A stretch of 58,696 nt of DNA, filler included, from Sandaracinaceae bacterium (GCA_947483975.1; 3 parts of 3 records of this genome joined end to end with filler, not necessarily neighbours in it), one strand, 5' to 3'. Positions 11,957 through 22,095 are shown, numbered from the whole stretch's first letter. The notes: generated from the letters alone by a model not told the origin. Numbers and translations are program-made.

Positions 11957-14170
11957 CTACGGGGCCTTGAGCCAGAGGACGCTGAGCGGCGCGAGGTCGA
12001 GCACCGCGCTGCAGGGCAAGCTGTATTTCGGCACATCTTCGGTGTGGAGCGGCTCGCGGGGGACGGTGCGCGAGCCGCCGAACTCTGCTGCGTCGGTGTC
12101 GAGGAGCACGCGGTAGCTGCCCGCTCGCGGGAGCGCGAGGCGATAGCCTCGATGGGCTGCGCCGGAGAAATTTCCGATGCAGATCAGCTCCTCACCCGTC
12201 GAGGGCGCGATGCGCCGGTAGACGATCAGGTTGGCGTCTCGGTCATCCGGATCGATCCAGCGAAACGCCTGGTGCGTTCCGTCTGCCTCGTAGAGCGCAG
12301 GCTCCGACTTGTAGAGCGCGTTGAGCGTGCCTACGAGTCGGTGCACGCCAGCCGACAGCGGGTCTTCGAGTAGATGCCAGTCGAGGCTGCGGTCGTGATT
12401 CCACTCGGTCCGCTGCGCGAGCTCGCCGCCCATGAACAGCAGCTTGCGTCCGGGGCGCGACCACATCGTGGCGTAGAGGGAGCGCAGCCCCGCGTGCTTC
12501 TGCGCCAGATTTCCGGGCATCTTCGTCAGGAGCGAGCCCTTGAGGTGCACGACCTCGTCGTGCGACAGGGGCAGCACGAACGCCTCGCTGTCCATGTACA
12601 TCACGCCGAAGGTGAGCCGGTGATGGTGCTCGTTGCGGCCGAGCGGGTCGTGCTTGAAGTAGTCGAGAGTGTCGTGCATCCAGCCCATATCCCACTTGAG
12701 ATCGAAGCCGAGTCCGCCCTCTTGCGTGGGATGCGTGACTTGGGGCCAAGCGGTGGACTCCTCCGCGATGAGGACCGTGCCCGGCTTGCTGCGATGGACG
12801 GTGTCCGCGAACTCGCGGAAGAAGGCCACCGCCTCCAGGTTCTCACGACCGCCGTGGGCGTTTGGCTCCCACTGGCCTTCTTTGCGGCTGTAGTCGAGGT
12901 AGAGCATCGACGCGACGGCGTCGACGCGCAGGCCGTCGATGTGGAACGAGTCGAGCCAGTAGAGCGCGCTCGCGATCAGGAAATTGCGCACCTCGTTGCG
13001 GCCGAGGTTGAAGACGAGCGTGCCCCAGTCGGGGTGCTCGCCCTTGCGCGGATCGAGGTGCTCGTAGAGGGCAGTCCCGTCGAAGCGCGCGAGCGCCCAG
13101 GCGTCGCGCGGAAAGTGCGCGGGGACCCAGTCGAGCAGCACGCCGATGCCGCGCTGATGGAAGGCGTCGATCAGCTCGCGCAGCTCGTCGGGTGAGCCCC
13201 AGCGGGCCGTCGGCGCGAAGTAGCTCGTCACCTGATAGCCCCACGAGCCGCCAAACGGATGCTCCATCACGGGCAGGAGTTGCACGTGCGTGAAGCCGAG
13301 CGCCGCGACGTAGTCGACGAGCGCGCGCGCGAGCTCGGAATACGTCAGCGAGCGTTGGCCGTCTTCGACCACGCGTCGCCACGAGCCGAGATGGACCTCG
13401 TAGATCGAGAGCGGACGCTTGCGCGCGTCGAAGCGCGGTCGGGCGGCGAGCCACTCCGCGTCGCGCCAGACGTGCCGAGCTTCGTCGACCATCGAGGCCG
13501 TCGAGGGCGGCGGGAGCGTGCGAAAGGCGAGCGGATCGGCCTTCTTGGCGATCAGCCCCTCGTGCGTGCGGAGCTCGTATTGGTAGAGCGCGCCGACGGC
13601 GAGGTCGGGCACGAAGAGCTCCCACACGCCGGACTCGCCGAGGCGGCGCATCGGGTGTGTGCGGCCGTCCCAGCGGTTGAAGTCACCGACGACGCTGACG
13701 CGCGCGGCTTCGGGCGCCCACACGGCGAACGACACGCCGGGGATGCTCGCGGTGGTGCCGAGCCTCGCGTGGCCGGGGTGCGCGCCGAGGCGCTCCCAGA
13801 GGCGCTCGTGGCGCCCTTCGCCGGAGAGGTGCAGGTCGATCGCGCCGAGCGTCGGGAGGAACGCGTAGGGATCGCGGGTGGTCCACGTACCGCTGTTCGC
13901 GTACGAGGCCGTGAGCCGATATGGCACGACGTCGTGCACGCCCTCGAGCACGCCCTCGAAGACGCCTCCATCGTGCGAGCGCCCAAGCTCTACGGTTTTG
14001 CCGTCGTCGGTGAGCACGCGGACGCGCGTCGCGCCCGGGCGGAGGGCGCGTACGATGAGGCCGCGCGGGCTCGGGTGCGCGCCGAGCACCGTGTGCGGGT
14101 CGACGTGAGTGCCCGCGATGAGCTGGTCGAGGTCCTCGCGCGACGCGGTGTAGGTAGTGGTGAGGCTCAT
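11957..14170 (-). CDS. glgB: 1,4-alpha-glucan branching enzyme
   Basis: FAVWAP, IYEVHLGSW, EHPFGGSWGYQ, DWVPAHFP, GLRVDAVASMLYLDYSR, IAEEST and LSHDEVVH. Confidence 0.97.
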   Translation of the reverse strand: MSLTTTYTASREDLDQLIAGTHVDPHTVLGAHPSPRGLIVRALRPGATRVRVLTDDGKTVELGRSHDGGVFEGVLEGVHDVVPYRLTASYANSGTWTTRDPYAFLPTLGAIDLHLSGEGRHERLWERLGAHPGHARLGTTASIPGVSFAVWAPEAARVSVVGDFNRWDGRTHPMRRLGESGVWELFVPDLAVGALYQYELRTHEGLIAKKADPLAFRTLPPPSTASMVDEARHVWRDAEWLAARPRFDARKRPLSIYEVHLGSWRRVVEDGQRSLTYSELARALVDYVAALGFTHVQLLPVMEHPFGGSWGYQVTSYFAPTARWGSPDELRELIDAFHQRGIGVLLDWVPAHFPRDAWALARFDGTALYEHLDPRKGEHPDWGTLVFNLGRNEVRNFLIASALYWLDSFHIDGLRVDAVASMLYLDYSRKEGQWEPNAHGGRENLEAVAFFREFADTVHRSKPGTVLIAEESTAWPQVTHPTQEGGLGFDLKWDMGWMHDTLDYFKHDPLGRNEHHHRLTFGVMYMDSEAFVLPLSHDEVVHLKGSLLTKMPGNLAQKHAGLRSLYATMWSRPGRKLLFMGGELAQRTEWNHDRSLDWHLLEDPLSAGVHRLVGTLNALYKSEPALYEADGTHQAFRWIDPDDRDANLIVYRRIAPSTGEELICIGNFSGAAHRGYRLALPRAGSYRVLLDTDAAEFGGSRTVPREPLHTEDVPKYSLPCSAVLDLAPLSVLWLKAP

Positions 14171-16683
14171 GGACGCGGGGCTCCTTCGCGGCTCTGCGGC
14201 TTGTGCGGTGCGGCCGAGTCACGCACCGTGCGGCCGCTGCGCTTCACGAGCGGCGAGACGTTGAACGCCTCGAGCAGTGGGTCGCCGTCGCTGATGGGCG
14301 CGGTGCCTTGCACGAGCGCGTGATAGAGCGCCTCTTGCGCGCGGTCGAGGTCGGGGGCGGCGCCGAGGCTGGTGGAGAGCCGCAGGAGCGCGAGCGCTTC
14401 CTCGCGTCCGCCGTCGCTCGGCAGGGCGATGAAGTCGTGAAGTGACTCGGAGATCAGCCGCGCGAGGAGGTCGTTCGCCTGCTGCACACCGACCGTGAAG
14501 CCGCGCGCGCGGGCCTCCTCGGCGATTCGGCACGAGAGCCCGTAGGCCGCGGCGTCGCGCGAGCCCTTGGGTGCGCGCAGGGCGGCGTCGAAGCGGCGCG
14601 ACAGCGCGAGCTCGGCGGCGACACGCAGCTCGCGCGGCAGCGGGAACCCTGCCGCGTGCAGGAGATCGATGGTGCGCGCGTGGTCCTCGTAGGCCTGCGC
14701 GTAGGTCGCGCCGATGCGCGCCGCGAGGTCGCCGATCAGGGCCTCCGAGATGCGCTCGCGCTCGCTCGGGAGCACCGCCTCGAGGCCGCGCTCCGACGGC
14801 CCAAAGGCCTCGTGCACGAGGCGCAGCAGCGTCGGTAGGCCCACGCGCGGGAACGCTTCCCAGACGCGCTCCGCCGCGTCGATGAAGTCGCTCTCGTCGG
14901 TGAACGCGCGCACCGAGCACACGAAGTCGACGCCCCCGAGGTGCAGCGCCGCGGCGATCAGCTCGACCGCGCTGCCCGTCGCGCGCGACTCGACGGTGAT
15001 GCGCCCCGTCGTGAGCGTCAGCCCACCGTGCGTCTCGAGGCGGAGGTCGCGCGCGCTCCAGCCGTGCAGCAGGCCAGCGTCGCCGCTCTCGGTCGGGGTC
15101 GTGTCGCGGCTCGCGCGCGCCACCGTGCCGATGGCGACGTTCGCGACGACCGTCTCGCTCGTCACGCGCGTCGGCTGCACCTTCTTGCGCCAGAGGTCCG
15201 CGCCCGTGCCCTCCGTCGCGAGGTTGCTCTTCGCGTCCGCGAGCACCTCGAGGAAGCGCCGCTCTGCGGACGCGCCGCCCGCCTCCACGAGCAGGTCGAG
15301 CGCGCGCCCCGCGTAGCGCATCACCTGGACCGTCTCGATGCCGCTGAGATCGGAGAAGAACCAGCCGCAGCTCGTGTACGCGAGCATCGCGTGCCGTGAC
15401 GCTTCGAGCAGCGCGAGCGCCCGCACGCGGCGGCTGTGGTCGCTGGCCACCCCGTCGCGCGCGAACACGCGCAGAAAATCGTCGGCGCTCGTCTTGCCGA
15501 GGAGCACGTCGATGTACGCGTCGCGCGCCGCCCAATGATCTCGAAAGAGCTCAGCCCCGAGGTGCTCGAGGTGCGCGCCCGTCGCGTCTCGGACGACGTC
15601 CATCGCGGCGCGGAGCGGCGTGCGCCAGCTCTGCGTCCAGCCGTCGCGTCCGCCCGTCGAGCAGCCGCAGTCGCGGATCCAGCGCCCGACGCCGTGCGCG
15701 CAGCTCCACGAGGAGCCCTCGCCGCCGGGGCCGCCCTCCAGCATCACGTCGAAGCGCGGCGGGTATTTCTCGAGGAATTCGCCGTAGTTCGTGACCCAGA
15801 GGCCGTTGCGCGGCGCCTCGATCTCGAGCGCGTACGCGAGCCCGCGGTCGCCCCACTTGAAGTGATGGCCGTAGCTCTCGCCGTCCGTCGCGACGTGCAC
15901 CGCGCGCCCGTCTTCGTTGGCGCGCGCCGCCTTCCGAAAGCGCGCGACGAGCGCTTCGCTCGAGCCGAGCAGCCCCTCGAAGGCGATGCCGCGCGCGATC
16001 GGCCCGTCGTAGAAGAATACCGCCATCGAGCGCGCCGAGCCGTCGGAGGCGCGCCAGCGATAGGCGACGCCCGGATCGATGCGCCCACCCGAGACATCCG
16101 TCCACGGTTTGCCGGCCTCGCTCGCGCAGGGGCGCACGCGCGCCGCCTGATACGGAGACAGCAGCACGTATTTCATCCCGTGGTCGGCGAGCACGCGCAT
16201 CGTGCGCTCGTCGACCGCGGTCTCTGGGCACCACATCGACTCGGCCTCGCGGCCGAAGCGATGGCGGAAGTCCGCGAGCCCCCAGCGGACCTGCGTGATG
16301 AGGTCGCGGTCCGAGCAGAGCGGCAGGATCGCGTGGCCATGCCCGTGCGCCATCGCGTTGCCATGTCCGCCGCGGGCCGTGACGCTGTGCCGGTCCGCCT
16401 CGAGGATGCGCGCGTACGTCGAGGGGTGCGCGCGCTCCATCCACGAGAGCAGCGTCGGCCCGAAGTCGAAGCTCAGGTGCGCGTAGTTGTCCACGATGCG
16501 CAGGAGCCGACCGCGCTCGTCGACGATCCGCGCGACCGAATTCGGGCGGTAGCACTCGGCCTGAATGCGCTCGTTCCAGTCGCGAAACGGCGCCGCGCTC
16601 GGCTCGCGGTCGACGACGCCGGACCAAGGGTTCTCGCGCGGTGGCTGATAGAAATGACCGTGAACGATGAGTGCGGTCGGCAT
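14167..16683 (-). CDS. Glycoside hydrolase family 57 protein with DUF3536 domain
   Basis: HGHFYQPPRENPW, DWNERI..ECY, FGPTLLSW, ATDGESYGHH, SWSCAHGVGRW and YTSCGWFF. Overlaps the glgB start. Confidence 0.9.
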   Translation of the reverse strand: MPTALIVHGHFYQPPRENPWSGVVDREPSAAPFRDWNERIQAECYRPNSVARIVDERGRLLRIVDNYAHLSFDFGPTLLSWMERAHPSTYARILEADRHSVTARGGHGNAMAHGHGHAILPLCSDRDLITQVRWGLADFRHRFGREAESMWCPETAVDERTMRVLADHGMKYVLLSPYQAARVRPCASEAGKPWTDVSGGRIDPGVAYRWRASDGSARSMAVFFYDGPIARGIAFEGLLGSSEALVARFRKAARANEDGRAVHVATDGESYGHHFKWGDRGLAYALEIEAPRNGLWVTNYGEFLEKYPPRFDVMLEGGPGGEGSSWSCAHGVGRWIRDCGCSTGGRDGWTQSWRTPLRAAMDVVRDATGAHLEHLGAELFRDHWAARDAYIDVLLGKTSADDFLRVFARDGVASDHSRRVRALALLEASRHAMLAYTSCGWFFSDLSGIETVQVMRYAGRALDLLVEAGGASAERRFLEVLADAKSNLATEGTGADLWRKKVQPTRVTSETVVANVAIGTVARASRDTTPTESGDAGLLHGWSARDLRLETHGGLTLTTGRITVESRATGSAVELIAAALHLGGVDFVCSVRAFTDESDFIDAAERVWEAFPRVGLPTLLRLVHEAFGPSERGLEAVLPSERERISEALIGDLAARIGATYAQAYEDHARTIDLLHAAGFPLPRELRVAAELALSRRFDAALRAPKGSRDAAAYGLSCRIAEEARARGFTVGVQQANDLLARLISESLHDFIALPSDGGREEALALLRLSTSLGAAPDLDRAQEALYHALVQGTAPISDGDPLLEAFNVSPLVKRSGRTVRDSAAPHKPQSREGAPRP

Positions 16684-16772
16684 ACGTCGGGGAGGGTAGC
16701 GCGAAGTCGACGGGCTCGGGTGCAGCAGCGCGCCCGGCGCGGTCGTCCATCGCTACCGACCTCGCGGGCGTC

Positions 16773-17372
16773 CTATTTCTGGGGCTCGAACAGCCCCATC
16801 GCCAGCATCTCCACCGCTTGCACGACGTCGTCCTCCGTCAGCGCGTCCGGGTCGACGAAGTGCTGCATCACCAAGCCATCCAAGAGGCCAGTCAGGATGC
16901 GCGGCATCAGCTCGGCGCGAACCTTGGGGCGCAGGCCCATCGCGACCATCTGCACGGTCAGGTGCTCGAGGAGCTGCGTCGCGGCGAAGCGGTAGTAGTT
17001 CGCGAGCGCGGGGCGCAGCGCCTCGTCGTGAAGCGATTGCGCCAGGAGATCGGCGACCACGGACGCCTCGTCCGTACGCTGCGCGCGCAGGCGCCACAGC
17101 ACGAGGATCGACGAGCGGACCGACTCGAAAGGGTTGTCCGCCGCCGACCAGGCTGCGCGCGCGCGGTCCGCGACCTGATCGCAGGCGTGCTCGAGCACCT
17201 TTCCCATCAGCGCTTCTTTGGTCGGGTAGTGGTAGTGGACGGCGCCCTTCGACATCCCGGCTTCGACCGCGATGTCCATCAGGCTCGTCCGTGCATACCC
17301 CTGGCGCGCGAGCACGCGGGTCGCCGCGCTCACGATCTGCGCTGCGCTGATCTCGCTCTTTTTGTAGCGCAC
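16773..17372 (-). CDS. TetR/AcrR family transcriptional regulator
   Basis: HTH region IVSAATRVLARQGYARTSLMDIAVEAGMSKGAVHYHYPTKEAL. Likely GTG start at 17372. Confidence 0.9.
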   Translation of the reverse strand: MRYKKSEISAAQIVSAATRVLARQGYARTSLMDIAVEAGMSKGAVHYHYPTKEALMGKVLEHACDQVADRARAAWSAADNPFESVRSSILVLWRLRAQRTDEASVVADLLAQSLHDEALRPALANYYRFAATQLLEHLTVQMVAMGLRPKVRAELMPRILTGLLDGLVMQHFVDPDALTEDDVVQAVEMLAMGLFEPQK

Positions 17373-17404
17373 CGCCGCGAGCGTTACGGGCGGCGCGGGC
17401 GCGG

Positions 17405-18499
17405 TCAAGGGGCTGCCGGCGCGGGGAAGGGCGCAGGCATCACCGCGTCGGAGGCGCGCACGACGTGCATCGTGAAGGCGAGGGGCCGTCGCGCGCCGAG
17501 CGCCGGCATCGCAGGGCCGCCCACCGGCGGCGAGTACGCGCGGAACCAAACGCGCCCGCCGTCGTGGTCCGCGTCCTCGAGGTTGAGCGTGCCGTCGAAG
17601 TACGGCGCGCCGCCGCACGCGACGGTCACCGACTCGAAGCGGTCGACGGTCGCCTCCTCGGGCAGGGGCCCGCCGGGCCAGTAGATGCGCGCGTGCCCGA
17701 GCCCCACGCCGACCGCGACGTACGCGAGGCAGCCGACCGCCGGTGGGCTCGGCGGCCGCACCGTCAGTCCGTAGGTGCCCGCGGCGGCGGGGACACGCAC
17801 CCCGACGACCTCGTCGCTCGCGGTCCAGCCCGCCACGGCGAGCGCGCTCGCCGCCTCTGCGTGCGCGAGCGCGACGTCGGTCGGGAGCCCCGTCGCGCGT
17901 AGGATGTCGGGCGTCAGCCCAGGCGCAGCGAACACGCGCATCGTCGCCGTCCCGGTGCCCTCGACGTGCACGGGCGCGCCGCCGCAAATGCCGAGCAAGA
18001 GCAACTCGGGTGCGCAGACGGTCTGCACGGCGCCCGCTCCCGCGCCGGACGAACCGCGCGACAGGTTGCTCCCGCTCGGCGCGACGAGCGCCACGAGCCC
18101 GCACCCCCCCTCGAGGCCGGGCACCGTGTCGTCGAAGGGGAGCGCGCGCGGGTCGCTCCACTCGCCCTCCGGGACGTAGCCGCGCAAGGCGAGCGCCGCG
18201 TCTACGCGGGGCTCGTCGATCAGCCGCGGCGCGCCGACGGTCGGGCCGCTCTCCGCGGCGAGGCAACCGTGCCAGCCGACGCTCGCCACGGCGCTGCGCG
18301 CGCCAGAGAACGGCTCTTGCGGCACGCCCCAGCCACCGAACAGGCCGTTCTCAAACAGACGCTCGACGCCGTGGGTCGCCCAGAGCGTCGCGCACGCCGC
18401 GACCAACACGAACACGGCGAACGCCGCCGCGACCGGCAGGCCACGCAGGCGCGCCGCTCTCGAGCCCACGGGCAGCTTCGCGTCGTCTCCGCGGCTCAT
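17405..18499 (-). CDS. Hypothetical membrane-anchored protein
   Basis: 364-aa ORF with an N-terminal hydrophobic helix. No family recognised. Confidence 0.6.
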   Translation of the reverse strand: MSRGDDAKLPVGSRAARLRGLPVAAAFAVFVLVAACATLWATHGVERLFENGLFGGWGVPQEPFSGARSAVASVGWHGCLAAESGPTVGAPRLIDEPRVDAALALRGYVPEGEWSDPRALPFDDTVPGLEGGCGLVALVAPSGSNLSRGSSGAGAGAVQTVCAPELLLLGICGGAPVHVEGTGTATMRVFAAPGLTPDILRATGLPTDVALAHAEAASALAVAGWTASDEVVGVRVPAAAGTYGLTVRPPSPPAVGCLAYVAVGVGLGHARIYWPGGPLPEEATVDRFESVTVACGGAPYFDGTLNLEDADHDGGRVWFRAYSPPVGGPAMPALGARRPLAFTMHVVRASDAVMPAPFPAPAAP

Positions 18500-18573
18500 C
18501 GCGCCCTCGTCATATCGCTCATCCTACGCGAGCGCCGTCGCGTATGTTCCGCGTGCGTGGTAGCAACGCGCGC

Positions 18574-19392
18574 ATGTCGCTGACAGACGAGCACTCGCAG
18601 GACTCCACGCCCACGCTCGCCGCCCAACACGGCGCGACCTTGCCGCGGCTCGTCGAGGTCATGCGGCGCCTGCTCGCGCCCGATGGCTGCCCGTGGGACC
18701 GCGAGCAGACGCTCGCGACGCTGCGCCCCTTCGTCATCGAGGAGGCGCACGAGGTCGTCGACGCCATCGACTCGGGCTCGCCCGCCGAGCTTCGCGAGGA
18801 GCTAGGCGACCTGCTGATGCAGATCGTGTTTCAGAGCGCGCTCACCGAGCGCCAGGGCTGGTTCGGGCTCGATGACGTCGTCGACGGCATCTGCGAGAAG
18901 CTCGTGCGCCGGCATCCTCATGTGTTCGGCGACACCCAGGTCTCGGGCACAGACGAGGTGCTCACCAACTGGGAAAAGCTGAAGGCCGCGGAGAAGAAGG
19001 ACCGCGGCGTCCTCGACGGTCTGCCGAGGTCGCTGCCTGCGCTCCTGCGCGCGGTGCGCATCGGCGAGAAGGCGGCGCGCGTCGGCTACGACTGGCCGGA
19101 CCTGTCGGGCGTCCGCACCAAGGTCGACGAGGAGCTCGCCGAGCTCGACCTCGCGCTCGACGGCGACGACGCCGCGCGCGTGCAGGAGGAGCTGGGCGAT
19201 GTGCTCTTCGCGCTCGCGAGCTTAGCCCGCAAGCGCGGCGTCGACCCCGAGGCGGCGCTCCGCGGCACGCTCGACCGGTTCACGTCGCGGGTGCAGTCCG
19301 CCGAGGCGCTCGCCCGCGAGGCGGGCACGACGCTCCCGCAGCTCGACGACGCGGCGCGCGACGTGCTCTGGGAGCGCGTGAAGCGGAGCTGA
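18574..19392 (+). CDS. mazG: Nucleoside triphosphate pyrophosphohydrolase MazG
   Basis: GCPWDREQT, IEEAHEVVDAI, EELGDLL and KLVRRHPHVFG, plus a second EELGDVLF domain. Confidence 0.95.
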   Translation: MSLTDEHSQDSTPTLAAQHGATLPRLVEVMRRLLAPDGCPWDREQTLATLRPFVIEEAHEVVDAIDSGSPAELREELGDLLMQIVFQSALTERQGWFGLDDVVDGICEKLVRRHPHVFGDTQVSGTDEVLTNWEKLKAAEKKDRGVLDGLPRSLPALLRAVRIGEKAARVGYDWPDLSGVRTKVDEELAELDLALDGDDAARVQEELGDVLFALASLARKRGVDPEAALRGTLDRFTSRVQSAEALAREAGTTLPQLDDAARDVLWERVKRS

Positions 19393-19424
19393 GAGCGTCG
19401 TCCTGCCGCCGCCGAGGTCGGCGC

Positions 19425-19975
19425 TCAGAGGCCGAAGGCGACGGCCGGGACCGACCGCTCGACGGTGGTCCCGTCGCCGAGCTGACCCGAGGCGTTGGCG
19501 CCCCAGCACTCGATCCGCGCGTCGCCTCTCCGAGCGCAGGCGTGCGACTCCCCGAGGGCGACCTCGAGCGTGCCGCTCAGTCCCGTGACCGAGGACGACA
19601 GCGGGCCGCTGAGGACAGTTCCGTCGCCGCGCTCGCCGTGGGCGTTGGCACCCCAGCAAGAGACCGACCCGTCGCCGTGCCGCACGCAGCCGCAGGCGGC
19701 GCCGACGTCGAGCTCGAGCGCGTCCGCGATGCCGCTCACCGGGACGGGCGTGAGGCTGCTCGTCATCGTCCCGTTGCCGAGCTGGAAGCTGGCGTTGCTG
19801 CCCCAGCAGACGACCGTGCCGTCGGTCCCGCGGGCGCAGCTGTGGTCGCGTCCGAGCGCGAGCTCCGCGACGCCGCTGAGCCCGACCGTGGCGACCGGGC
19901 CCGAACGCCCGAGCGTCGTGCCATCGCCGACCTGGCCGCTGGTGTTCGCGCCCCAGCAGCGGACGGCGCCGGTCC
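19425..19975 (-). CDS. C-terminal part of an RCC1-repeat protein, 5' end lost in the assembly gap
   Basis: Repeated C-W-G-x-N-x-x-G-[QE]-x-G-[DN]-G units with HSCA/HACA motifs. The frame stays open into the N-gap. Confidence 0.85.
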
Positions 19976-20075
19976 NNNNNNNNNNNNNNNNNNNNNNNNN
20001 NNNNNNNNNNNNNNNNNNNTTAATTAATTAANNNNNNNNNNNNNNNNNNNNNNNNNNNNNNNNNNNNNNNNNNNN
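19976..20075. other. Assembly gap / contig linker
   Basis: N-runs surrounding TTAATTAATTAA, which gives stops in all frames. Confidence 0.98.
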
Positions 20076-20251
20076 ATCTGGCGAGGTCGGGACATACGCG
20101 GACGCTTCGCACGTGCTGTGCCGGAAGCGGGGGCCGTGATTCCGCGAGGTTACGGGAGCGGATTGGCGGATCTGGCGGCGGGCGCCGCCAGGCCGCCGCC
20201 GGAAGCGGGCACGTCGGTCAATGGCCACCTAGCGGACACGGCTCGGAACGA

Positions 20252-20356
20252 CAACCTTGGTCGGTCCGCGCCCCGTGCCCAACCTTGGTCGGTCCGCGGT
20301 TCGCGCCCCAACCTTGCCAACCTTCGTCGGGTCGCCCCAACCTTGGTCGGGTCGCC
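20252..20356. repeat. Cluster of short quasi-palindromic repeats (CCAACCTTGGTCGG)
   Basis: The CAACCTT core occurs at 20252, 20280, 20309, 20318 and 20338. Confidence 0.8.
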
Positions 20357-20369
20357 GCCAGCGAGGACG

Positions 20370-21065
20370 TCATGCGGCCAAGGCGGAGTCGAGCGCGGGG
20401 ACGAGCGGGCCATCGTCGCGAAGTGGTTCGAGGCGGAACCGGACCCGTTCGTTCGCTACGTCGACGGCGAGAACCACCACGCTCACCGCCTCGCCCTTCA
20501 CGAGAACGTCGTACGGGCTCCTCAGCACGCTGCGCGACATCTCCGCGATGTGCAGAAGACCGCTGACGCCGCCGAGATCGATGAACGCGCCGTAGTCGAC
20601 GACGCGCGTCACGACGCCCATGACGACCGCACCTACACAAAGTCCCTCAATGGAGCTCCTCAGGTACGCCTCGACGCCATCGGCAAACCTGGACAACACC
20701 TCAGTAGAAAAGACCTCGAACACCTCCGTTGCGTCGGGACGCCACTGGTGCGCCAGGTGGCGCTGGAGCTTCGACCAGCGCCTCAGGTGCCCGGCAAGCT
20801 CACCGTCGATGACCTCGCCTTGCTGCATCTCGTCGAGGCCGGCACCGTACCGGGGGTGCTCCCCGTGTGTGCTCGTCGCCGCCCACTCCTTCGCCAGGTC
20901 TAGGCTCGCGTCGAGCGCGCGGAGCACCGCGTACTCCACGAGCAGCTGTGCGTCCCGCCGCCCGCTCGCTTCCTCGCCCGCGACTGACGCCCGATAGCGG
21001 CCCAAGTCGCAGAGCGCCTCGCGCAATGCGACCAGATGGCGCCTCACTCTGCTTCGATTGGCCAT
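20370..21065 (-). CDS. HEPN (DUF86/HepT-like) domain fused to an S1 RNA-binding domain
   Basis: N-terminal helical region VEYAVLRALDASLDLA...VIDGELAGHLRRWSKLQRHLAHQW follows the DUF86 layout. C-terminal GVVTRVVDYGAFIDLGGVSGLLHIAEMS is an S1 signature. GGGGAG RBS before ATG 21065. Confidence 0.7.
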   Translation of the reverse strand: MANRSRVRRHLVALREALCDLGRYRASVAGEEASGRRDAQLLVEYAVLRALDASLDLAKEWAATSTHGEHPRYGAGLDEMQQGEVIDGELAGHLRRWSKLQRHLAHQWRPDATEVFEVFSTEVLSRFADGVEAYLRSSIEGLCVGAVVMGVVTRVVDYGAFIDLGGVSGLLHIAEMSRSVLRSPYDVLVKGEAVSVVVLAVDVANERVRFRLEPLRDDGPLVPALDSALAA

Positions 21066-21226
21066 GGTCCATCTCCCCGATGAACAACTCGCGAAGCGCG
21101 TGGGAATTGCTGCCCGCGGTAGTGCGTGCACAGCTGCGCATCGGAGGTCATCACGGCCGCTCATCGGCGCACCGGGGCCCCGGTTGCGTCACATGAACGC
21201 CAACGGCCGCGTTTGGACCAGTCGTC

Positions 21227-21356
21227 TCAACCTGGGTGAGGTCGCCGTCAACCTGGGTGAGGTCGACAGGGTGAGGTCGCCGTCAACCTGGGTGAGGTCG
21301 ACAGGGTGAGGTCGTCGTCAACCTGGGTGAGCTCGTCCCTTCAACCTGGGTGAGGC
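21227..21356. repeat. Cluster of TCAACCTGGGTGAG(GTCG) repeats
   Basis: Motif at 21227, 21248, 21283, 21318 and 21341. A near-identical 35-bp composite unit is duplicated at 21247-21316. Confidence 0.9.
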
Positions 21357-21374
21357 TGTCGAGCACGTCCCCCG

Positions 21375-22037
21375 CTACCAATGAACGGTCGCGCCGCACA
21401 GCACCCGGACGCCCGCCGAGGTGTTCGAGCCGACGCCCGTCGCGGGGTCCCGATAGTCCGGAGACCAGCCCTGCTGGTCGTCCGTGCGCGTGCGGACGAA
21501 GCCGCGCGCCTCCGCCTCGAGCGAGAGGTGCCGCGCGATGGGCCACTCGACGCCCGCCCCGAGCTCACCGGCGAGATAGCCGTAGTCCTCGGTCGTGTAG
21601 TCGTAGAACACCGAGCCGGGCGGATACATCCACTTCGTGTCGGCCACCGCGTACGACGCGCTGACGGCGCCGACCAACACCAGGCGCCAGTCGTCCTCGG
21701 GGTTCACGTAGAAGCGCCCGCCCACGCTCGCCTGCAGCTCCCAGCGCTCCGAGCCGCGCGTGCCGACGCCCTCGTAGTAGCCGAGCCCGAGGTCCAGCGC
21801 GAACCAGCGGCTCGGGCGCACGCGCCACCCGAGCGAGCCTCCGCCCATCGCGAGGTGCGGGCCGAGCATCGCGCCGACCTCGAGGTGCGCTCCCCCGTGG
21901 GGCTCGCGCGCTGGCGCTCGGCTCGGCTCGCAGCGCGCGGAGCCAGGCCGGCACTGCGCGTCGACGTGGACCGCCCCGGCGAGAAACGTCGATGTGCTGA
22001 GTATCAAGGAAGCAAGGAACACGAGGCTTCGAGGCAT
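21375..22037 (-). CDS. Putative outer-membrane beta-barrel protein
   Basis: Signal peptide, alternating beta-strands (GELGAGVEW, LSLEAEARGF) and a terminal aromatic W. Confidence 0.65.
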   Translation of the reverse strand: MPRSLVFLASLILSTSTFLAGAVHVDAQCRPGSARCEPSRAPAREPHGGAHLEVGAMLGPHLAMGGGSLGWRVRPSRWFALDLGLGYYEGVGTRGSERWELQASVGGRFYVNPEDDWRLVLVGAVSASYAVADTKWMYPPGSVFYDYTTEDYGYLAGELGAGVEWPIARHLSLEAEARGFVRTRTDDQQGWSPDYRDPATGVGSNTSAGVRVLCGATVHW

Positions 22038-22095
22038 GGTGCGAACCTCCGTCGAGCACGCGCCCGGCGCGTCAGTCTGACACGCGCCCGGCGCC

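Noticed and set aside
20020..20031. TTAATTAATTAA as a biological palindromic site
   Set aside because: It is embedded in N-runs and recurs at 39423-39434, so it is an artificial contig linker.
11230..21065. The NTase at 11230-11709 as the MntA antitoxin of the HEPN-S1 protein
   Set aside because: They are on different contigs separated by a gap, and the NTase has its own upstream partner.
21227..21356. CRISPR or mini-array
   Set aside because: The repeat is only about 14-18 nt, and the intervening sequence is short and itself repeated.
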